DNA of 63,984 bases, filler included, from Phoronis australis (lineage: Eukaryota; Animalia; Phoronida): assembly GCA_002633005.1 (NCBI GenBank). It is 7 parts of 7 records of this genome, joined end to end, with 100 filler letters (N's around TTAATTAATTAA, not from the genome) between each part and the next. Parts side by side here need not be neighbours in the genome. Positions count along the whole stretch, not along the records: positions 25,681 to 27,803 come from NMRA01003843.1; positions 27,904 to 31,650 come from NMRA01002134.1; positions 31,751 to 34,987 come from NMRA01003131.1; positions 35,088 to 62,715 come from NMRA01000247.1; 3 more parts are not named here. One strand, written 5' to 3'. A program made the translations under genes and the position numbers. Position 1 is the first letter of the stretch. Each line of letters starts with the position of its first letter. Of this stretch, positions 25,733-36,947 are shown piece after piece. Below the pieces are notes generated by a model, which saw only the letters and a program-made list of their open reading frames with translations, did no database searches and was not told where the DNA came from.

Positions 25733-26600
25733 AGCCTATCCTAGAACAATTTGCACCAGTGCAACTTACTCCACTTTTAAGTGGAGTGTCCACTTTAGCT
25801 AGGGTAAGGCAGAAGTTGTCACTCTGTGCATGACGATGAATGTCTGTATGTAACCACAGCAGACAAATACTTCCACCTTGCCCCAGGTTTGCTGCCACAC
25901 AAGAAGTAGAACTGGCACAAGACATTCTAAAACAAGTTACCCTACCCAGGCCTTTATCCAGGATTTCGAAAATAGGGTGTCCAAAATGGGGGTTCCCAAT
26001 ATTCCAGGGCATCCATGACTCTGACGCGTAACCCCCCACCAGCAGCAATACCCCCAGACATACACATTTTTTACAAAAAAATGCATAGACCAAGGTTTTT
26101 ACATTTAAGTTTACAAAACAGCCTTCTGTAGTGAGCATTTTTACTAAAAAAACTCTAGACCAAGACTTTTACAATGCTATCAACCAAGTGTGACCATAGC
26201 TACATTGTATATACTTTGTATATACATTGTACATTTCTCCCTGCTTTGAAAAACAGCCCCCACTGTGAGCCTTCAGAGGCTTCCCAGTATTCAATACAAT
26301 GTGTGAGCCCAAACTTGAAAGGTTAGGATTGACAGTGGACATCCAAATGATACATTGGGCCTCCTTGCCAGGGCCTCCTTGCCAGGGCCTCCTTGCCAGG
26401 GCCTCCTTGCCAGGGCCTCCTTGCCAGGGCCTCCAGATTAGTGCTAGGGCGTCCATTTGGATGTCCAGGACATACGCTGCATAAAGGCCTGACCCTACCT
26501 CGATAAGGTGGAGTACAAGTTGTCACAAGTGGGGCAAGTTGCACTAGATTAAATAGTGACTGCGTCCACACAGCCACCCAACCTAGCGACAACTTGTTCC
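25733..26600. repeat. Unclassified interspersed repeat, interrupted by the hAT MITE; related copy at about 34635-34987
   Basis: Shared blocks CAGCCTAYCCTAGAA, GGGTAAGGCAGAAGTTGTC and CAAGTGG(G/C)GCAAGTTGC. Confidence 0.55.
25947..26491. mobile_element. hAT-type MITE, copy 2, with an internal 14-bp minisatellite
   Basis: TIRs CAGGCCTTTATCCAG / CTGCATAAAGGCCTG; perfect 8-bp TSD ACCCTACC; (GGGCCTCCTTGCCA) x5.5 at 26357-26434. Confidence 0.9.
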
Positions 26601-27903
26601 AGGAGTAACTTGTTCTGGGGTGGAGGGCGCTACTAGAAACTCTGACCTATATGCACCATATCCAAACCAGGACAAAAGAAACTCATATAAAGAAATGCAC
26701 AAAAACTGAACAGACTGGTCACAGTCTATGATGAATGTTGGATTTCTGGAGAGTGGAGGCCCAGCTTGCTAGTACACTTAGCTAGTCACTATTTCAGCAA
26801 GAGTCCAAGATGGCTGGCATGTAGGCCAAGTAAGGTGACAGTGTTCAAATGGTTTCACGTAACAAGTTGAACTCTGTGATGAGAAGAGAACTGAGATTCC
26901 TTCCCGTAGTGATGATTCCTATGCCATTGTTCATAATGCTGTCAAGAATGCTCACCATACGTCCGGAGACAAATCTTCAGAATATCCTTCCATGAAGCCT
27001 GATACCTTCCCACACCAAGTCGGAACGATCTAGGCAGTTTAGAGAAGAGCAGCTTGCCATGCGATGGAAGACCAGATTTAGCAAATATCAGCTGTGAAAG
27101 TTTCATTTTAGCAATCACAAGCAGTGTCAAAACCTTTGAACTTTAATTTTACAACCATATTTTGCTTCCAGAATGAGCATTTCTGAACAGGTTAAAACAA
27201 AAAAGCAAATTTGAAAAAACAGGTATGTTGATCAGGTGCTTACGCTACATTTGAAAGCTGACAAGGTCAGTCCAAGAGATCCACTAAAAGCGGGAATACA
27301 TTCAAGCACAGCAGAATCTCGACAATTTCAAACTATCAATATAGCCAGATTATAACCCCTCTAATTTTTGAAGCTTCTACCTTGAGAATGCTCACCGATT
27401 TGTTACTAGTCTCAGTCTCTCAGAGTAGCCTGAAAATGATAGCGGTATTTTTGCACGTCATTAGTGAAAAAAACTGCCTTTGTCTGCACTTTTCTGTCCT
27501 AAGATGTCGATTCACATACTCAAATTCTGGTAGAATCACGCACTTCACCAGCAGTGAGCATGCACTCTAGACAATAGACCTTCCTCTTGTCGCAAAATAT
27601 ACCTACATTAAACATGTGCTTAAAATATACATAAATAAATACAACTATTGTACTCACCCAGGTTAGCAGACATGCTTGCCTTACCCCCCACACCAGAAAT
27701 TTTCACAGTTAAGCACCCACGCATGTCTTACCAGTGCCCGCACACGATTATATGAATAAAATTTCCTTAAATGTGTCTAGAGTTATTGTAAAGGCTCGTC
27801 TCANNNNNNNNNNNNNNNNNNNNNNNNNNNNNNNNNNNNNNNNNNNNTTAATTAATTAANNNNNNNNNNNNNNNNNNNNNNNNNNNNNNNNNNNNNNNNN
27901 NNN

Positions 27904-28030
27904 GGCGATGGTGGTGGTGGCGGTGTGACGTGGTGGCGGTGTGACGTGGTGGCGGCGTGCGTAGTGGCGGCGTGACATAGTGGCGGCGGTGATGCTGGTG
28001 GACGGTGTGCTGGTGCTGGGTGGTTTACGG
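27904..28030. repeat. GGT/GGC-rich degenerate tandem repeat
   Basis: GTGACGTGGTGGCGGT-like units. Confidence 0.7.
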
Positions 28031-28282
28031 CATGCTCAACATAGCGGCGGTAGTCGCTGCAGCAAACTGAGTTGAGGTGAAGTTAACTCCGTTTTTCCTC
28101 ATGAAATAATAAATAAAGGATCACTGGAGGTCGCGGTTCAACCGCCGAGCTACGCTGACTGTTTTTACCTAGAATGTTCAATATTTTGTGACGACAACAT
28201 ATCTTTCATCATCCACTTGCAAACTGCCTTCTCATGAGCAAACAAGTTCAGTTAGATGAGAGGGTTCTTTTCATACTTGCAG

Positions 28283-28464
28283 AGTTTGGCTGGCTAGTAA
28301 CTTCCTTGGCAATGCTTGGCAAGTTAAGTAGCACTTCGTTCTTTGCCGTTATCTACTTGTACACGCCAGAAATGTATCCGACTCCCCTCAGGGTGGTTGC
28401 CACCAGTACGATTTCGACTTTTGGCCGAATTGGCGCCATTGTTGCTCCGTACATCGCTATCACG
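28283..28464 (+). CDS. SLC22-family organic cation/anion transporter, exon covering about TM10-11
   Basis: AG acceptor and GTAAGA donor; LAMLGKLSSTSFFAVIYLYTPEMYPTPLR...FGRIGAIVAPYI is the SLC22 signature region. Confidence 0.9.
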
Positions 28465-29379
28465 GTAAGAATCGTATCTCTTTAGTAACTGAGCTTCAGC
28501 CCAAGCAACAATGAAGAGGCTGTTTTGACCAAGTTTTTAAACTTTTTGAAAGTGTTGGGTTCTCAAAAACAAATGTCTCAGCTAATTGTTGAGAGAACTC
28601 TGCTTTCATTATGCACCACGGCCAAAATAATTTTTGCTAACATTCTAAACTAGGTTATCAACAAAAAGTATGGACCTTTCATCTTCTGAATTTCACGTGG
28701 TGGTGATTTGCCTGACTGCGACTACGCTGTTATCAATCACGTGGTGGTAATTTGCCTGAGTGCGCCTGCGCTGTTATCGATACGTTGTTACAGTATTGGT
28801 AACAACTCAGTGTCATAATAATTGTAAAGTTTGCTTTGTATCAAGGTCATGTGGAGTGGAACGGGTGTAAAATTCTGTTTTTCTTTTGTTAGCGTCGTCC
28901 AATGATAGTTTAAGATTTCAAAGTCAGCTCATATATAAACAAAGACAGTGTATTAATCGACGTTTCGATTGTCACTAAATCATTCTCAAGACATATGTTC
29001 GCAATGTTCCACACAAATAACATAAGTGGAGAAATGGAGAAGAGTGTCCACAAGTACACGTCAAAATGCATTGTGAGGGGAGAGACCAGAAACAAAAACA
29101 GTTGGAGTTCAAATGAAACAAGGTTTCTATTAAGATAGCGCTCTGCGTCATTCAACCGTACATGTATGTGCATAGGTTAGTTTATGAGGAGTCTGAGGGT
29201 GGCGCCTTGAGCAGCATCTGAACACCAGAGTCATGGTATAGCCAGTGAAGTTCGTACACGTTTTTTTGGCCAAAAACACTTGGGAGTAGTCAAAGATTTC
29301 TTATGCAAAAAGTGTACTGATCGTATGGATTGCACCTGGTACCTAACATCGATCAACTTACCGTTTTCCGTACTTACAG

Positions 29380-29544
29380 GGAAAGATATACTTCCGGGAA
29401 CTTCCGTTGATGATTTTTGGATTGGTATCACTAGCTGTGGCCGGGACAATATTTTTACTTCCTGAAACGGGATCCACTTCACTGCCAGATACGTTTGACG
29501 ACGTCAAGAATCTAATGGAGCACAGAATATCATGCAGTCGGTAG
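29380..29544 (+). CDS. SLC22-family transporter, exon with TM12 and C-terminal tail
   Basis: Phase-0 join to the previous exon; GKIYFRELPLMIFGLVSLAVAGTIFLLPETGSTSLPDTFDDV (LPET...LPDT motif); ends at a GT donor at 29541 or TAG at 29542-29544. Confidence 0.88.
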   Translation, partial: GKIYFRELPLMIFGLVSLAVAGTIFLLPETGSTSLPDTFDDVKNLMEHRISCSR

Positions 29545-29625
29545 GCCGCGTGAAATTTTATTACCTAGTGCTAGAAGGCGAATCGGGCCACAGTTGTCGC
29601 GTATTCTTTGTGTTGGAACTGTTTA

Positions 29626-29700
29626 CCGTGTATAGTTAGCGGAGCATAAATGCTATCCACTCACTCCGGCGACCCAAGTTCGATTCCGGACGTGATCAGG
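29626..29700 (+). mobile_element. tRNA-derived SINE-like head
   Basis: Degenerate A box and B box GTTCGATTCC; no clean cloverleaf. Confidence 0.4.
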
Positions 29701-29971
29701 ACCATCATGACGTCAGTCTGTTTAGTCAAATCCAGGTTTTTGTAGCACGCCTTGGGTGAATAGATACACTGTAAATAGGCTGCCTACTCCTCAAATTGTT
29801 GAATTATGAGTCTGTAAAAGGGTCAACTCTGACTGACGTATTGTTTTGAACACTGTTGTCGACCTTTCAGTGCAGGCTCTGCCATAATTAAGAAAAGATT
29901 TCGCATCGGCGACTTGGGTGGATGTGAAGTATTAAATATTAAATCAACCGACATACCTGCAGAACTCATCG

Positions 29972-30707
29972 TACACAGTGACCACTGTCTCTAGTTAACT
30001 TAGCAGAGGCGGTGAACTCCTGTAGGAGCTTCATACGCCCGAAACTTTTCGGCTAATTATGCCTCACAATGATTTAAAACATCAAAGTCACGTTGTTATA
30101 ACTACCTTTTGCGCGTAGACCGGGGATACCTTAGGAAGCCGTCGAAGTCTTTAATTCCTTCCAACTCTGACAAAATGTTCACGTTATCTGCCCTTTTCTT
30201 CTTTCCGTCGTTCAGTTCTCAAAATCGTAAACTAGCCGTTTTTATTAGTGCGCGTGGCAGGTGGAATGACGTCATGTCCCCTGGCTTACGCAGTGTGAAA
30301 ATGGCTAGTTACCGATTTTGGAACTGAACGTAGAGAAAGTTTGATAACAGTAGTATTTGTTCGAACTGGAAGGAATTAGCATGGGCGGCGCACCATAGGG
30401 GGCTGGGGGCTATAGCCCCCACTTTTTTTCAGTGCTACGCCGCACATGGTCTACATGCGGTGCACCACAGGGGGGCTGGGGGGCTTTAGCCCCTCACTTT
30501 TTTTCGGTGCTGCGCCGCCCATGATTAGAGACATCGACGGCCTCCTAAGGCGTCCCTCAATGCGCAAAATGTATTTACAACAACATGACTTTGATGTTTT
30601 TAGTCGGTGTAAGGCATAATTCGCCGAAAAGCTTCCGGCGTATGAAGCTCCTTATAGGAGCTACACACCTTCTCTACTGGCCAGCAAGAGACGGTGGTCA
30701 CTGTCTA
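29972..30707. mobile_element. Non-autonomous DNA transposon with long TIRs and 9-bp TSD (Mutator- or AcademH-like)
   Basis: About 175-bp imperfect TIRs starting TACACAGTGACC / TAGACAGTGACC; TSD AACTCATCG at 29963-29971 and 30708-30716. Confidence 0.85.
30380..30523. mobile_element. Small dimeric MITE nested in the previous element
   Basis: TIR CATGGGCGGCGCA / TGCGCCGCCCATG; ATTAG on both flanks; two ~72-bp tandem halves. Confidence 0.75.
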
Positions 30708-31830
30708 AACTCATCGTGGCTTCATTTCAAAATGACTGCCTAAACTAACATTTCACTACTCTTCCACCTAAAGTTTGAAAATGTCTCATATAACAATAGC
30801 CCAAACGTCACGACTTCAAGGATAATGAACTAGAATGCAAGTTGAATTAGACGCAATCAATTAGACTGTTCATAACCCACTACTGGTTTCAGCTCACTCT
30901 TGGAGCGACGTAGCTCAGTGGTTGGTATATTGACGTAATCGGTCCGGTTACAGCGGAAAGTTGTAATAGTTTCGGATTTCTCATCTGAGTAACTCTCGGT
31001 TGACACTCCACTGTGATGTATCCTATAGGTCAGATTGTCCTCGCATTTCTCCACGGGTGATTAAAGGACGCGTCCCTCGTTGTCCAGTCATGGTCAGATC
31101 AAACATGCACAGAACCCTACGATAACATGCACACTCTGCATCGCTATATTACTTCAGTTTGACTAACGGGTCATCAATTTGTTCTTCAAAACTTCCTTGA
31201 AGCAAATCGGGATGTGTCATTGGTTTCGGCTTCAGAGAATTAACGCCTGGAGGCAACCTTCTGATGGTGACTCTCCTACCACTGAAGTTTCATCTACAAA
31301 TCTGCACCCTCGTATTCATTCTTCCTCTCTCGTTATGTGGCACAGTTCATAGTTGTCACCCTTCATCAGTTATCGCGTGTGCTTTGCCAGAAGCTTTGTG
31401 TTTCAGTCCACACTAGATATGAGTATGACGACGTGGACGACGACAGTGCCACCCACGTCTGTCTTTAAATCTGCAAGTTATAGGGTCATGCGTGCTTGTC
31501 CATCGTCAGCGTCGCTTTCACTGTTCCACAGGTCGACTGTTTTGAAGGCTACCTGTCCTGGCCTTTTTAATTGCAATAACCTTTTAAGTACTTGATATTG
31601 GCCTTGTGCCGCAACATCCGGCATGTCTTCAGGTCGTTAGTGTGCCGCAANNNNNNNNNNNNNNNNNNNNNNNNNNNNNNNNNNNNNNNNNNNNTTAATT
31701 AATTAANNNNNNNNNNNNNNNNNNNNNNNNNNNNNNNNNNNNNNNNNNNNACAACATATTACCTCACTGTATTTTTCTGAAATCAAAACCGTATTGGCAA
31801 CGTGGACGGATGGATGATGGGAATACTCAC

Positions 31831-31897
31831 TTTTTTGTATGTCCAGGAAAGTATCGGATGTATTTGTTGTCATGAAGGGAGAGATACCGGACCGTGT
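31831..31897 (-). CDS. WDR82: WD repeat protein 82, exon 3 (gene truncated by contig end)
   Basis: [22 protein letters not shown] with AG/GT boundaries. Confidence 0.95.
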
Positions 31898-32033
31898 CTG
31901 AAAAACAATAAATAAATAAATAAATAAATATGACCCAATGAGTAATTTGTATACACTACCCAAGTCTCCAATGGTAAAACTTTCTATCCTGCTCTTTATT
32001 TGCCAGTCTGAAAATTTGTCTGCATTGACTCAC

Positions 32034-32131
32034 CGTCTACTTTGGTAGAACTGTGTATGGCAGTGTTGGTGGCGTGTGTATAACTAATCAGATCCACTCC
32101 GTACTTCTTACTGTTTAATGTTCTTTTGGGG
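32034..32131 (-). CDS. WDR82: WD repeat protein 82, exon 2
   Basis: [32 protein letters not shown]; phases compatible with exons 1 and 3. Confidence 0.95.
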
Positions 32132-33672
32132 CTGAAATGATAAGGAAATAAGAAACAAGTGCTTTGACAGTAATTAGTGTCATGTTAACATACAGACGTC
32201 CAAACAACTCAAAGCATCATCACTAGAATAACGCAAACAACTAATCACTCAAAGCATAGCCCGTCTGCTGACACACAGAGGGGGTGGGGGGACCTGCCTA
32301 GCGCCCATTTGCCCGGCGTACGCAACGATACCAAAATAACTCTAAAGGGAGCTTCTTTAAACCTTGTTTCCTAAAGAAACACCATGGGGGAATCTTTCCT
32401 GATGGGAGCTCTTTCAGAAATCCTTGGTATTTCTCTGCTGTTTCACTCTGTTGGCTTCAAAATGATTTACTTTATTTTGGTTCTCACTTGACGATAAATC
32501 TATTAAATGCCAACTGGCCTTAATTACACGAATGATATAAACATACTGTTAGGATCATTATCTTCACTCCTTGTTTTGTATCGTAGAGATCCAAATTGAT
32601 CAGCTATTCTTCCTAGTCGGCTGTATTAAGTTTACGTCAAGATCTGAACAGTCATATTAAAAATTATCTAGCTGTACTGTAGCCACGAAGTGTTGTCATT
32701 TAAAGAAAGTCCTCATATTTCTGTTTTCGTACTTGACACCAGTATACATGTCAAATTTCAATTTCCAATAGAGTATTTTTGCAGTGAAAGTCTCAGTAAC
32801 ACAGTGGCCCATGACATGGATAAAGACACAGTACAAACTGCACAACACCTATACATGTAATGTAGGCTATTTTCTCACCTGTACCAAGACAGCTGAGTGA
32901 AATTTATGTTTAACCAGTTTATGATTTATCTACAATGAATACAAGACGGCTTTTGACAACTTTTAAAGCACAATCTGTAGAAAACACTGGATGATGACGA
33001 GGTCTTTATTTTAACAAGTCGATATTTTTTCAAATCTGGTTGCAGGTAATTCAAACAATTGTTGCAAGTCCTGGCAGAATGGGTCACAGCAACACATTAA
33101 AACAGGTTGCAGAGAACACTGGGCTAAACTAAAGAGAGACCCAGAGATGTATATGTAAGTCTTTCAATTACCGAAGGAGAGGCCAGAGGGTGCTGGCCTG
33201 GTGGTAGTGGATCCAGGACAAGGGTCGTGTCGCTGAGACCTGAAGCCAGGGGGAAGAAGTGCTGTATCGCGTTTGACATGATTTCAGGTTGTTTCATGCT
33301 AAAAAGGCCTCTTTTAGTCTTAAATCGCTCGCTAAAGGGCAATTGCCCAATGGCTAATATTTGGATGCCATATTTTGGTTCAAGGGTTCGCTTGCCGGAT
33401 GAGCCCAGAAAATGTAAAGATGACTTTGTCTTTGAAGTTTGATAATAATCCCACAGTCACATTCCACCTCACATTCAACATAATGTTGTAGATGTGCTTC
33501 TGATGAATCATATCCACTCGCTAACAGGCAAGTTGATGACCTGTATGCGAGACAACCTGGTGTTCACCTTCCTGGTGTCCACCTGTTCTGTAGGAAAGGG
33601 GGAGGGGGTTGTTGTAGATACGTTTCTGGTGAATCATATGAGCTTCTGTAAGCCACTCGCTGACAGGCAATT

Positions 33673-33743
33673 GCCTATTAGCTGAATGGTTAGCACGCTC
33701 GCCGGTTTTATAGGGGTCGCTGGTTCAATTTCCGGGTCGGGTA
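33673..33743 (+). mobile_element. tRNA-derived SINE-like head or tRNA relic in WDR82 intron 1
   Basis: TAGCTGAATGG (A box) and GGTTCAATTTCC (B box-like) at tRNA-like spacing. Confidence 0.45.
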
Positions 33744-33832
33744 ATCTCGGCTATTACTTCACTACAGACAGTACGTCTACAAAGCAGACAATACAATACA
33801 ATACAAAACAAATGACCGGTCAGTCGACTTAC

Positions 33833-33993
33833 GTTCCACTCTGACAGTCGTAGATAACAATTTGGTCATCGTCACTGCTCGAGATCAACGTCTCGCCATT
33901 TGCAGAGTAATTTATGCTGTTGATGCGATCAGTGTTCTCTCGGAAAACCTTGGCAACTTTAAATGTTTTCACAACCTGATCTGTCAGCTTCAT
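33833..33993 (-). CDS. WDR82: WD repeat protein 82 (Swd2; COMPASS subunit), exon 1
   Basis: [53 protein letters not shown] followed by a GTAAGT donor. Confidence 0.96.
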
Positions 33994-34694
33994 GGTTGAG
34001 ACGCACAGACAGACATAGTAAGTGCGCGATACACCAATACGTTTATTTATTAAAATAAATTTACAGTATTGAGACATTATATGTCCTCATCAGTGGTACT
34101 AATAATGCCATTTTAATATTTTAATGAAACAATTTTTGCATTTTCACAATCTATTTTCTCTACTTTTTTGTTTGGAATTTTGCAGAAGATGTTTTGTCCA
34201 CCTATTGGACAACCAAGAAAACGAAGACTGCTCTGATATTTTTCGATTCGTAAGCTAAAACTGGGGCAAAATCCCATGTCATGCAGATTCATTTCGTCAA
34301 CTTTTTATTAGAGAGATGGCGCATTAGAACACATTTAAGTTGGACTCGACAATTGATGACTAAATGTCCACTCTGACCTGAGATGGGGTCTGTCTGACTT
34401 TTGACCTTATCCCTCGCCTCGCCTCAGCTGACCTCGCACTCTCGACTCTGTGACCCAGAAAAATATCTTCTAAGGTGTATTTGGGACGTGCCACTTCGAT
34501 ATGTTACATTTCATTTATCTGTAGAACACGTTTCTGATTAGATTGAGTTGTAAGTATGAGACTCTACAAAATATAGGTTCATCTTTGCAACAAAATTCTA
34601 CAGAACTGGGTTTGTATATGGAATTAAGGGCCACCCAGCCTACCCTAGAAAAACTTGCATTTGTGCAACTGTGTCTGTAGGCTACCCTACTTTT

Positions 34695-34790
34695 GCACAC
34701 ACACGCACGCACACGCACGCACACACACGCACGCACACGCACGCACACACACACATGCATACACACACCGGCACGCACACACACACACAC
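34695..34790. repeat. (CA)n/(CACG)n compound microsatellite
   Basis: Seen directly. Confidence 0.95.
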
Positions 34791-35445
34791 ATATCTGATA
34801 ACTGGGGTAAGGCAGAAGTTGTCGCTTTGTTGTGCATGTTGTCTTGTTGAACAGCTGATGCGAATACGGCACACAAAAAAGAGCTGTTAGTGTTATATAA
34901 CTGCAGCTGATTATTACTGCTACCTTACCGTCCTTACCCCACTTGCAAGTGGCGCAAGTTGCTCTAGAACAAGTTACTACACCTCGGNNNNNNNNNNNNN
35001 NNNNNNNNNNNNNNNNNNNNNNNNNNNNNNNTTAATTAATTAANNNNNNNNNNNNNNNNNNNNNNNNNNNNNNNNNNNNNNNNNNNNGTTTTCATAACGA
35101 AGTGGACATACCTCAGCGGCACTCAAACCACGCCAAAATTTGACACACTTTGTGCAGTAATTACCAGCAAACAGATGGAAATTTGTCATGACAAAATAGC
35201 TTTGGTGTCTCACTTTAGTCAAAATTAATTAGACATCATTGCAGCTACCCGCTAACTCTTTTAGTCAGTGTGGGAAAACAGGTACATCTCCATATTAAGC
35301 AAAAAAGTGTTAGAGGTTTCCATAGATAAATTGAAACAGATTTGTGTCAAAATGAAAAGAATATCGATACGTACTTTTGTGAATAGAGATTTTGTCAAAA
35401 TTTAGTGATGTCCAAAACTAGCCGTATAATCAATGGCCTACTTAC

Positions 35446-35510
35446 GTAGCCCACAAAAAGAAACGGCAAGACAAAGACTAGGCCTCTCCACATCCATGAC
35501 TGAAAACCCT
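35446..35510 (-). CDS. TMEM120: TMEM120-family internal exon
   Basis: TTTTTTTCAG acceptor, (E)GFQSWMWRGLVFVLPFLFVGY, GTAAGT donor; hallmark TMEM120 motif. Confidence 0.88.
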
Positions 35511-35557
35511 CTGAAAAAAAGCAAAAATAAATGAAATTTCGGACACAATAAGAAGTA

Positions 35558-36947
35558 CCATATTCGCCGTAATAACCGCCCAGGGCGCTTAGAAAAGTTC
35601 GGTTCAGGGGGGGGCGCTTATTATAACCCAAGGCGGTTGAAACCCGGTCTCCGAAACGGGTGAAATCGGAAGCTAAGATTCATCAAATTTACGCTCTGTG
35701 ATGCATGTAATCTATGAAAGACTTTCAACAAAACTGTGGTGCATTGCTATCAAACTTTGCTGCTAAATTACGATCATTTTACAGAAAATTGTGCTGAAAT
35801 CCCAGGGCGAAAACTCGCCAACTGACTGCTTCACAATCGCCGTCTTCGATATGACGACCTCAATTCTTGAATAAAAATGGTTTCGATAAAGTACCTGAAA
35901 TCCTCATTAAATTTTATAAGTAGCGTCTCTAAGGTTTTTAAGTTCCCGTGGAGTCTGGATTAACGGCAGGTTTAAGTATAAATCTGTGCAACATCGTGCC
36001 ATCTACATGCATGATCGGCAACACAGCGAGAAAAATGTCTGGACGAACACACATGTTGTTGTCACGTGACGTTCGTTTTGAAGTTCGTCTGCAAGTAAGC
36101 GAGCGCGTGCGTGTCACCAGAGTTCATTTGCCAAAGCAGAGACCGTCTTTTGGCCAGAGCCATGCAATCTTATTAGCTAGATGTGTCTAAAGAAATTTGC
36201 ACAAGCAGTAGACCTAAACCAGAGCGTGTTTCATTCAGCACTTGCCGGTCTCGTGCTAAAAACTTTCGACATTTGTCTCGGCAAGGCCGATATTAGTTGC
36301 CGTGTAGCTGGATGCGTACGTAACTATCTGACATTTATTTTTCGGTGTAAGGGTGTGTAACTGTGTAAGCATTCAGTGTCAGTTGTCATTTTATCAGATA
36401 TTCGGCTTAATAACACCAATTACGGTTAATCAAACAATGCATCTCAAAAATAACGCAAACATGTTGATAGTATTAGAAATTGACGAAAATTAGTTCCAAT
36501 ATTCATTCGATGCTATGCTACCCGCTTCATGAATAGATAGTTCCCAACTAATGTCTTTGATGACAGGTTATGTAGCGCGCGCTTCCTGGCCACGTGCGTT
36601 TAACACCGAGTTATTTTTATTCATGAGACAGTCGATGTGTCTACTGAAAGGTCAGACCATGGGACACGGTCGTCACGAGAGCGTAGCAACGCTGTTGCTT
36701 TCTTTTTGAAGCGCTGCGTTACTTTGTCACCGCTAAATACAAACGTAGCAGTGCCGCTGGTGGTCTAGAAGACCCGTGCAAATTTTTTTTGATAAATTGA
36801 AGACGTTACTGTAGCCGAGTTTTAGGACTGTTTGTACGTCGTTGTTCGCATGAACACGTTCATGGACTGGGCGCTTATTTCAGCAAAGTCTGAAAACGCG
36901 TGGGGGGGCGCTTATAGGGGCATGGGCGGTTATTACGGCGAATACGG
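35558..36947. mobile_element. Non-autonomous Tc1/mariner-superfamily (Tc2/pogo-like) element
   Basis: TIR CC(A/G)TATTCGCCGTAATAACCGCCCA, TA on both flanks, subterminal GGGCGCTTA repeats. Confidence 0.88.

Noticed and set aside
26955-27092. Exon-like segment on the minus strand (TTTCACAG...G|GTGAGC)
   Set aside because: No recognisable protein and no partner exon on this short contig
29974-29980. RSS heptamer CACAGTG at a transposon end
   Set aside because: The other end reads GACAGTG, termini extend by TA, and the TSD is 9 bp, so it is not RAG-like
30857-31650. Possible degraded LTR-retrotransposon tail (LRRSK...KP)
   Set aside because: No integrase or RT motif recoverable; many stops
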